Source of the DNA: a virus
Direction: 5' to 3' (one strand)
Virus genome (UHGV): UHGV-1428848
Length of the DNA stretch: 64,000 nt
Shown here: positions 57,997-64,000 of the stretch, piece after piece
Layout of the letters: every line of letters begins with the position of its first letter
How positions within the stretch are numbered: position 1 is the first letter of the stretch
Notes under the pieces: model-generated
What the model was told of the DNA's origin: nothing
Seen by the model: the letters and a program-made list of their open reading frames with translations, nothing else
The model's database searches: none
Translations under genes and position numbers: made by a program

Positions 57997-58311
57997 CTAA
58001 AAGAAACTTCTTTCACAATTTTTTCCACTGAACCATGCGCTTACCGCTTTCTTAGTCTCAGGAGCAGTGTTATCCATAAACCATTCAAAAGCAGCCTTTT
58101 TATGATTCTGGAGGGCTTCTCGGGCTTTAATCTGCTCACGGTCTATTAACACTAATATATGAGCCTTTCTTGTCACCAAGGGCTTCTTATGATTCTTGGA
58201 GTATTCCCAGTCATTTGTCCAACGCATTGTCGTTGCGAACTGATGAACCGCGTCTTTAATTTTAGTTTCGTAAATTTCACGAGCTTTTGAGTATAACATC
58301 TTTACCTCCAT
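57997..58311 (-). CDS. hypothetical protein (104 aa)
   Basis: ORF track. Confidence 0.45.
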   Translation of the reverse strand: MEVKMLYSKAREIYETKIKDAVHQFATTMRWTNDWEYSKNHKKPLVTRKAHILVLIDREQIKAREALQNHKKAAFEWFMDNTAPETKKAVSAWFSGKNCERSFF

Positions 58312-58380
58312 TTACCAGTTTAATTCTAGTCATCTTTTTAATGGCAGTCCATATAATCTATTTCTGAACTGCCTTTTGTC

Positions 58381-59100
58381 TTAGGATTCTTCTAAATGTC
58401 TTTTCTGAAAAGTTGATACCATACTACGATACGGTTCATTTGGATACCCGTGTTTTATAGCTTCCTTTGTAAATTTTCTCCATCCATATTTAGTTTCTTT
58501 CCAAAGCTCGAATAATTCATCTTCATATTGCCATATAGTTAAATGAGAACGCTTTGCAGCTTTAATTCCATTAATATGCTTTTCTTTTACTACAGGATTG
58601 CTTAGTTTCTTTTTAATAATATTACTAACTTTTCTAACAAAAACTGGGTCCTTATATCGTTGCGAAGTTTTTATTGAAGTGTTTAATTTAGCTTCCGGCG
58701 TGGATGTGACCTCTTTCATCTTTTTCTTCATATGCTGTATATGATTAGGATTTTTCCATAAATTTATAGAATGCTTTTTGCATTTTATCCTAGTTTCATC
58801 TGCAACCTTTCCTCCTTCACCCCCGTATGACAGGTTAACACAGTTTTTTCCATATTTCAATTTACCTGCCATGATATATAATATTTCAGCTTGTACCATT
58901 TTATCATAATTATCAAAAACTTCTAAAACCGTTTTTGATAATATGTGGTCATTTGACACTTTTACACGTTCTATATAATTTCCACTACCAACATACGAAT
59001 CATTGATGTTATTAGTTATATGTCGACCATAATAGTATTTCTTAATACCTGTCTTTAAATTTAATATTTCAGTTTTATAGATAGTAAAATATTTTTTCAT
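58381..59100 (-). CDS. GIY-YIG family homing endonuclease-like protein (239 aa)
   Basis: N-terminal YFTIYKTEILNLKTGIKKYYYGRH...YVGSG; Lys-rich C-terminal half typical of HEG DNA-binding domains; ATG overlaps AAA+ gene stop. Confidence 0.55.
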   Translation of the reverse strand: MKKYFTIYKTEILNLKTGIKKYYYGRHITNNINDSYVGSGNYIERVKVSNDHILSKTVLEVFDNYDKMVQAEILYIMAGKLKYGKNCVNLSYGGEGGKVADETRIKCKKHSINLWKNPNHIQHMKKKMKEVTSTPEAKLNTSIKTSQRYKDPVFVRKVSNIIKKKLSNPVVKEKHINGIKAAKRSHLTIWQYEDELFELWKETKYGWRKFTKEAIKHGYPNEPYRSMVSTFQKRHLEES

Positions 59101-60077
59101 TTTAATAATACCGTTTCAGCGATTTCTTCCCAACCGTTTTTGTCGGTCATAATAAAGTCAGCAAGATAAAGAGCAGTACGCAGTGAAACATTGCGTAAAC
59201 GATTAACATTGACTTTCATCCATGATAATGCTTTATAAGTTTCTTCATCAGAAAGACCGCGCTTTTGCATCATGTCAGTTGAAAGAATAACATCTTCAAC
59301 CCTGACCATAATTTCTTCATTAGTGTGAACACCCAAATCCAAATAAACTGAGCGGGACACTAATGCTTGTAAATGTGGAGCAAGTTTAGTACCACGGTCT
59401 AATTCGCGGTCAATGTCAACGTTTGTGATAAAAACAATAGTTCCTTTAAATTCAAACTCACGCTCAATGCCTTTTTCTTCTAAGTAAGAAGATGCGGTGC
59501 TCCAGCAGACTTTACGGGTCTCTCCAGTGTCCAGAGCAGCTTTCAGAAGATTAAGAATGTCCATATCAGAGAAAACATCCACATCATCAATCAAAAGGAC
59601 AGAATTCTCTTCACGATTATTCCAAAGCTGTTCATAAAGACCGATACCGGAGATTTTACCGTTAATGCTTTTATATTCAATGTATCCAATATCATTTGCT
59701 TTATTTAAAGCTTTATCTAAAGAATACGTTTTACCAATACCCGCCGCACCAGAGATAATTAATGAACGAATATTTCCATTAATAATACCATTCGTCATCA
59801 TTCCCATAACATTAAATCTTTTATTAATGCGGGTTTTCATATCTTCATACGATTCTTTAACTTCTTCAACTTTTACACCATCATATGAAATGTCTGATTT
59901 GTAAACCCAAACACCGCGACGTTTACCGTCAATTTCAACAAAAACTTTACCATCTCCTTGTGCATCTACCGGAGCATTATCAGGGAACCACTCACCTAAG
60001 AGTTCAAAAGTTCCAGAGATTTCTTTACCGAAGTAGATACCCTTATTAATAGTTACAGTTTTCATTTTATTCTCCAA
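59097..60077 (-). CDS. AAA+ ATPase (326 aa)
   Basis: Walker A GAAGIGKT, Walker B LLIDDVD, sensor FITN; N-terminal ~100-aa extra domain. Confidence 0.6.
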   Translation of the reverse strand: MENKMKTVTINKGIYFGKEISGTFELLGEWFPDNAPVDAQGDGKVFVEIDGKRRGVWVYKSDISYDGVKVEEVKESYEDMKTRINKRFNVMGMMTNGIINGNIRSLIISGAAGIGKTYSLDKALNKANDIGYIEYKSINGKISGIGLYEQLWNNREENSVLLIDDVDVFSDMDILNLLKAALDTGETRKVCWSTASSYLEEKGIEREFEFKGTIVFITNVDIDRELDRGTKLAPHLQALVSRSVYLDLGVHTNEEIMVRVEDVILSTDMMQKRGLSDEETYKALSWMKVNVNRLRNVSLRTALYLADFIMTDKNGWEEIAETVLLK

Positions 60078-60098
60078 ATCCGTATCAGTTAATAGTTG

Positions 60099-60129
60099 TA
60101 TAGTACCATAAAGCTTTATGCTTGTAAAC
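60099..60129 (-). promoter_or_regulatory. T4-type early promoter
   Basis: Minus strand GTTTACAAGCATAAAGCTTTATGGTACTATACAAC. Confidence 0.55.
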
Positions 60130-60158
60130 CGTTTTGTGAAAAATTTTTGAAATAAAAA

Positions 60159-60178
60159 AGGGAGCCCGAAGGCTCCCT
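60159..60178 (-). terminator. intrinsic terminator after nucleotidyltransferase gene
   Basis: GGGAGCC-TTCG-GGCTCCC then TTTTTTATTTC on minus strand. Confidence 0.5.
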
Positions 60179-60179
60179 A

Positions 60180-61193
60180 TCATTTATAATAACTTCGGTG
60201 GTTTTCAAGATAGACCTTCTCAAGGAAGTCATCCCAGAAACTCATGTCTACTTTTTGCTGCATACCGTTCTTAGAAGCTTCAGTAGATGCTGCTTCTACT
60301 TGATCGACCACATCTTCCAAAAACTCTTGAACTGTTTTAAATGGATGCTTACCCAACTTCACGTCGAGAATAAATGGAGCATCTTGGAGTGGATAAATCA
60401 AGTCGCCAGTTTTGTAAATTTCCAATAGTTGGAGTCCACCACGACAAGCATGGCTCAGAGCTTTCCAGTCAATACCTTCATTAGCTTCGGCTTTACGAGC
60501 ACGTTCACCATATTCAGCATCTAATTTGTTCAGTGACTGCTTAAGCTCAATAAGAGAAAGCGTTGTCTGATATTTACGACCCAATACAGTGTAGAACGTT
60601 TGTGGACCTGTTTTCTCATGATTATGGAACACCCATTCACAGAATTCGTTTTCTGGAAGACGATGCTTAATATCTTCAACTTTAGTGCGACGCTGCTTAA
60701 TAGAACCATCTTCTTGGTAATCAACCCATTGCTCAGGGATTTGATTAACTACTTTCAATACATCGCGTAATGCAGCCAAACGAGAACCCTTGACACCATA
60801 TTTAGAAGCTTGCTTGCGAACATATCCTAAATAGGATTTCATGTTAGTCGTATAAAAACGAGAACGGTTGTCTTGAATAAACTTCCACACGTCAGGCAAA
60901 TCAGATTTAACCACTAGTTCAGGTGGAGTGTGAAGCATATCCAATGCTACAGTTTCACCATCTGCTGCTAATTTAAAGAAATACTTAAGACTATACAATT
61001 CGTGGTCAATATCATCTTTAGTGTTTTTAGATGATGTGTTGTTGGTATTTTTACTCATATGCTCTTTAACATTTCCGATAAGAATATCACGAGCAGGAGG
61101 AACAAAGATTTCTTTAAAATCTACATCAGATTCTGGAGTAGAAGTTCCATAAAGATGGCTACCAAAATAGCTTTTCATTACTGTTTTCATCAT
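60180..61193 (-). CDS. Pol-beta superfamily nucleotidyltransferase (337 aa) with helical C-terminal domain
   Basis: N-terminal GSHLYGTSTPESDVDF (GS-x9-DhD minimal NTase motif) plus downstream DDIDHE acidic site. Confidence 0.55.
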   Translation of the reverse strand: MMKTVMKSYFGSHLYGTSTPESDVDFKEIFVPPARDILIGNVKEHMSKNTNNTSSKNTKDDIDHELYSLKYFFKLAADGETVALDMLHTPPELVVKSDLPDVWKFIQDNRSRFYTTNMKSYLGYVRKQASKYGVKGSRLAALRDVLKVVNQIPEQWVDYQEDGSIKQRRTKVEDIKHRLPENEFCEWVFHNHEKTGPQTFYTVLGRKYQTTLSLIELKQSLNKLDAEYGERARKAEANEGIDWKALSHACRGGLQLLEIYKTGDLIYPLQDAPFILDVKLGKHPFKTVQEFLEDVVDQVEAASTEASKNGMQQKVDMSFWDDFLEKVYLENHRSYYK

Positions 61194-61651
61194 TCAGCCT
61201 TATATTCAATAACAGGACATACTTTAGCTTTACGCGCTTTTAAAAATTCAACGATAACCGATTTCTTGGGTTGAATAGGAGGTAAACCTTTATACGCCCT
61301 ATCAATATTTTCTACGTGTAAAGCATAATCCTTTTTCCATTTATAATCTTTATATTTTTCATGCAAATGTGCAGGAATAACAAATGAACCGATAATAAGT
61401 AAAACAACCAAAAGCGCAAGTATAAATGCTGATGGAAGAAGAGTCCATAAACTACCGAAAATAAGCCAACGTTGTAGGCTTTCTGCACAAATAATTGTTA
61501 GCCCTACGAGTATAGCACATCCAAAAATAGAAACGAAAAATGTAGGAATGGCAATAGACCAAAAATATGCGCATAGTGTCTTAGGTCGTTGCCATTCATC
61601 GTTAAACAATTTGAATAATTTATAGTGCCAAGAGTTTTCATTAATAATCAT
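61190..61651 (-). CDS. membrane protein (153 aa), 3-4 TM helices
   Basis: Stop overlaps nucleotidyltransferase ATG (ATGA). Confidence 0.5.
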   Translation of the reverse strand: MIINENSWHYKLFKLFNDEWQRPKTLCAYFWSIAIPTFFVSIFGCAILVGLTIICAESLQRWLIFGSLWTLLPSAFILALLVVLLIIGSFVIPAHLHEKYKDYKWKKDYALHVENIDRAYKGLPPIQPKKSVIVEFLKARKAKVCPVIEYKAE

Positions 61652-61653
61652 AA

Positions 61654-62175
61654 TTATCCTTTCATTGAAGGCGTAACAGTTGTTAAATACTTAATCATAG
61701 CTTCAGCTTCTGATTTTGATAATGAAATTTCTCCATTGTTTTGACGAATAGAAATAAAATCCGGATGACGGTCACCACCAGCTTTTAAAACACACATATA
61801 AGTATCAACTTCATCTTCAATATTTGAAATGATTGAAGCAGTTCCACATGAATGCGGTTTTTGATAAATCAATGCAGCTTTTCTTCCGCCATTTGACTGT
61901 TCATAAACTTTTAATACATCAAACAAATCACTTCTTTTATCAATAGCTAAAATGTTATTTTCATCTTCAATGTTAAATCCTTCGGATACTTCATAAAGTG
62001 TCACCCATAAATCGCCAATATCAATAACAGCGTTCACTTTTCCATGACTTTCAAGAGCATGACAAATTTTCTTGATTTCGTCATAACTCATTTTAATAAT
62101 ATCATCTCCTTGAATAAGGAAAATATCATTTTTAAATTCAACACGAATTAAACCACTTCCACTTGAAATAAACAT
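61654..62175 (-). CDS. hypothetical protein (173 aa), paralog of 62182..62736
   Basis: C-terminus SEAEAMIKYLTTVTPSM. Confidence 0.5.
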   Translation of the reverse strand: MFISSGSGLIRVEFKNDIFLIQGDDIIKMSYDEIKKICHALESHGKVNAVIDIGDLWVTLYEVSEGFNIEDENNILAIDKRSDLFDVLKVYEQSNGGRKAALIYQKPHSCGTASIISNIEDEVDTYMCVLKAGGDRHPDFISIRQNNGEISLSKSEAEAMIKYLTTVTPSMKG

Positions 62176-62181
62176 ATTTCC

Positions 62182-62736
62182 TCACTTTGAAATCATAGTT
62201 GGAATGACAGAATCAAGATAAGTCTTTAGCGCAATAGCTTCGTCTTTGGTAAATGTGACAATATGTGCTCGAGAATCATCATTTTGGCGAACAAGTACGA
62301 CATCGCCATCTTCATAAGAAGTCTTGACATCCAAAGTCGTAGTATAATTTGCAGCTACTGGATTAATAATGTTAGCACCGCGATCTTTAGCCCATTGAAG
62401 TTTAGCCTTTTCGGGTGTTTCGACTGTTTCAGATTCTAAGAATTCTTTCACCTTGGCAACGAATGTTGCCCAATTGTTGATAGAAAGACACATAAATTCA
62501 GTTTCAATATTACCGCCGTAAAGGCCACGATAAAAACGAACTTGGAGGTCGTCTGTAATATTAGTTACACCGGTAACTCCTGAGGGAGCATAAGATAAAA
62601 TCGCAGCCAGTTCCATAGGAAGAATAGTAATACTATCGTCTTCCTGCGTCAGAACGTATACATTACCGCGTTTTTCGATAACTAGGTCACCGAACAAATC
62701 AGTTGTTTCAATTACAGCTTTCATATTATTTACCAA
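62182..62736 (-). CDS. hypothetical protein (184 aa), paralog of 61654..62175
   Basis: C-terminus DEAIALKTYLDSVIPTM. Confidence 0.5.
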   Translation of the reverse strand: MVNNMKAVIETTDLFGDLVIEKRGNVYVLTQEDDSITILPMELAAILSYAPSGVTGVTNITDDLQVRFYRGLYGGNIETEFMCLSINNWATFVAKVKEFLESETVETPEKAKLQWAKDRGANIINPVAANYTTTLDVKTSYEDGDVVLVRQNDDSRAHIVTFTKDEAIALKTYLDSVIPTMISK

Positions 62737-62911
62737 TTAAAGTTTCAATATAAGAATCAAGATTTACTTTAGCTTCTTCCATAAGAGTTTTGTATTTAAT
62801 CTTGTTGGCATGTCCGGAGAAAGCTGATTCATCAATAATTGTTGATGTATGAACAGCTTTACTATACGTCTCAATTAATTCTCTTAATTTAAAAGCCTGC
62901 TCACTTGTCAT
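62726..62911 (-). CDS. small helical protein (61 aa), tandem family member
   Basis: MTSEQAFKLRELIETYSKAV... Confidence 0.45.
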   Translation of the reverse strand: MTSEQAFKLRELIETYSKAVHTSTIIDESAFSGHANKIKYKTLMEEAKVNLDSYIETLIGK

Positions 62912-63040
62912 TACATACTCCTCTGAATCATATCAATAATATTGTTCACCAGATTATAAGTAAACATTGGGTAATTATATTGAATCATCACATACACAAC
63001 AAACAAAACTTTCATTCTCTTCTCCTTGGAAGTTGACAAG

Positions 63041-63072
63041 ATTACTATACCATAACCTTGCCAACTTGTAAA
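63041..63072 (-). promoter_or_regulatory. T4-type early promoter
   Basis: Minus strand GTTTACAAGTTGGCAAGGTTATGGTATAGTAA. Confidence 0.5.
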
Positions 63073-63249
63073 CCATTAAATGACGTTTTCAATAAAATTT
63101 TGAAGCTTTGTGTGAGCATCAACCATGATTTTCATTTCTTCTTTGGCGAAAGCTGTACCTCTTTCCCGAGAAGAACATTCATAGTCAGAAACTGCATTAG
63201 CATATTCTTCAATTAGTTTCATTAAAAACATCTGCTTTTCAGTTTTCAT
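63073..63249 (-). CDS. small helical protein (58 aa), tandem family member
   Basis: Hand-translated MKTEKQMFLMKLIEEYANAV...; not in ORF track (<60 aa). Confidence 0.35.
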
Positions 63250-63433
63250 TATTCCACCTAATCATTTCAAGATATTGAACTAACTTAACTTTAGATTTAT
63301 CCAAATCCTTTTTAGCTGCTTCTATACCGTCGTATGAATATCCTTCACAATGCTCAACTGCTAATTGATATGAATCTATTTCAATATCACGTGCTAATTT
63401 AATGATTTTTTCAAACTGTTCGCGTGTTAGCAT
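63239..63433 (-). CDS. small helical protein (64 aa), tandem family member
   Basis: MLTREQFEKIIKLARDIEID... Confidence 0.45.
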   Translation of the reverse strand: MLTREQFEKIIKLARDIEIDSYQLAVEHCEGYSYDGIEAAKKDLDKSKVKLVQYLEMIRWNNEN

Positions 63434-63435
63434 AC

Positions 63436-63675
63436 TTAAACTCTCGTATTATGATCGATAATTTCATCAAGAAACATATCTAACGCTTCTAAAGCATTAT
63501 CAACTTTAGCTTCAAGTTCATCAATACCTTTATTTGCAATGCCTGACGAAAACCAAGCAAAGTCACTAAGTTCCTCATCTGCTTTGCAAATTAAAGCTAC
63601 CAATTCTTTAATTTTATCTGCTTGTTCAATTCTAGTCATTATTCCACCACATATGAAAGAGAGAATATTGCACAC
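63436..63675 (-). CDS. small helical protein (79 aa; 67 aa from MTRIEQ...), tandem family member
   Basis: [21 protein letters not shown]... Confidence 0.45.
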   Translation of the reverse strand: MCNILSFICGGIMTRIEQADKIKELVALICKADEELSDFAWFSSGIANKGIDELEAKVDNALEALDMFLDEIIDHNTRV

Positions 63676-63827
63676 GCCATATGAGTTGCAGCTTCATCAC
63701 ACATATCATAACGTTTCTTAAGAAGTTCTACAAGTTCTTCACTAGTAACTTCATCCATGTCGACGAAAAAATCACCATTAATGATGACGTAGATATTTCC
63801 TTCTTGATTGAGTGCTTCAATTTTCAT
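63639..63827 (-). CDS. hypothetical protein (62 aa)
   Basis: ATG at 63827 after GAGGAG SD and early promoter; the longer track ORF reads through the promoter. Confidence 0.4.
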   Translation of the reverse strand: MKIEALNQEGNIYVIINGDFFVDMDEVTSEELVELLKKRYDMCDEAATHMACAIFSLSYVVE

Positions 63828-63851
63828 GATGTTCTCCTCTTTATCCGATGG

Positions 63852-63885
63852 TTGTATAGTATCACAGCTCAAATTGAAAGTAAAC
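63852..63885 (-). promoter_or_regulatory. T4-type early promoter
   Basis: Minus strand GTTTACTTTCAATTTGAGCTGTGATACTATACAAC. Confidence 0.5.
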
Positions 63886-64000
63886 TGGTAAAATGAAAAA
63901 GTCTCCCAAAGGAGACTAATGTTATTCGAGGGAAAGAAGATATTTGCTCTGGTAAAACATCCCAGTAATATCATCTATCGTGCTTTGAATGGCTGGAGGC

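Noticed and set aside
1-64000. CRISPR arrays, tRNA genes, integrase/attachment sites
   Set aside because: No direct-repeat/spacer periodicity, no cloverleaf-like segments found by eye, and no recombinase ORF; the many short repeats are promoter and terminator modules

Overview
This window reads as a contiguous stretch of the early region of a T-even (T4-like, Tevenvirinae) myovirus, colinear with phage T4. The gene order is motA - 52 - stp/ndd/denB - rIIB - rIIA - 39 - dexA - dda - modA/modB - soc - 56 - 61 - 41 - uvsX - 42 - imm - 43 - regA - 62 - 44 - 45 - rpbA - 46 - 47 - a-gt - 55 - nrdH/nrdG/nrdD - 49 - pin - nrdC, followed by an nrdC-distal accessory region. Every convincing gene is on the minus strand, tightly packed with many ATGA-type stop/start overlaps. 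About 18 T4-type early promoters (GTTTAC, 17 bp, TA(c/t)(t/a)AT, read on the minus strand) and GC-rich tetraloop hairpins punctuate the units. Identifications rest on protein motifs visible in the translations plus recalled T4 gene order and protein lengths; no database search was run. nrdD is split by a group I intron carrying an I-TevII-like GIY-YIG endonuclease; reconstructing the splice junction gives a 605-aa NrdD. Apparent differences from T4 as I recall it: topoisomerase gene 39 is one 606-aa ORF (no gene 60 split); a 282-aa GT-A glycosyltransferase sits where T4 has beta-gt; no seg-type genes next to uvsX or soc/56; the 56-61 gap is only 267 bp; and two free-standing GIY-YIG endonuclease genes lie next to gene 47 and in the nrdC-distal region. 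The best candidates for uncharacterised biology are a translationally coupled membrane-protein/nucleotidyltransferase unit beside an AAA+ ATPase (59.1-61.7 kb), a tandem array of four coiled-coil paralogs (53.0-57.0 kb), further small tandem paralog families, and a strand-switched SD-led micro-ORF segment between genes 56 and 61. I could not establish that any of these is truly undescribed.
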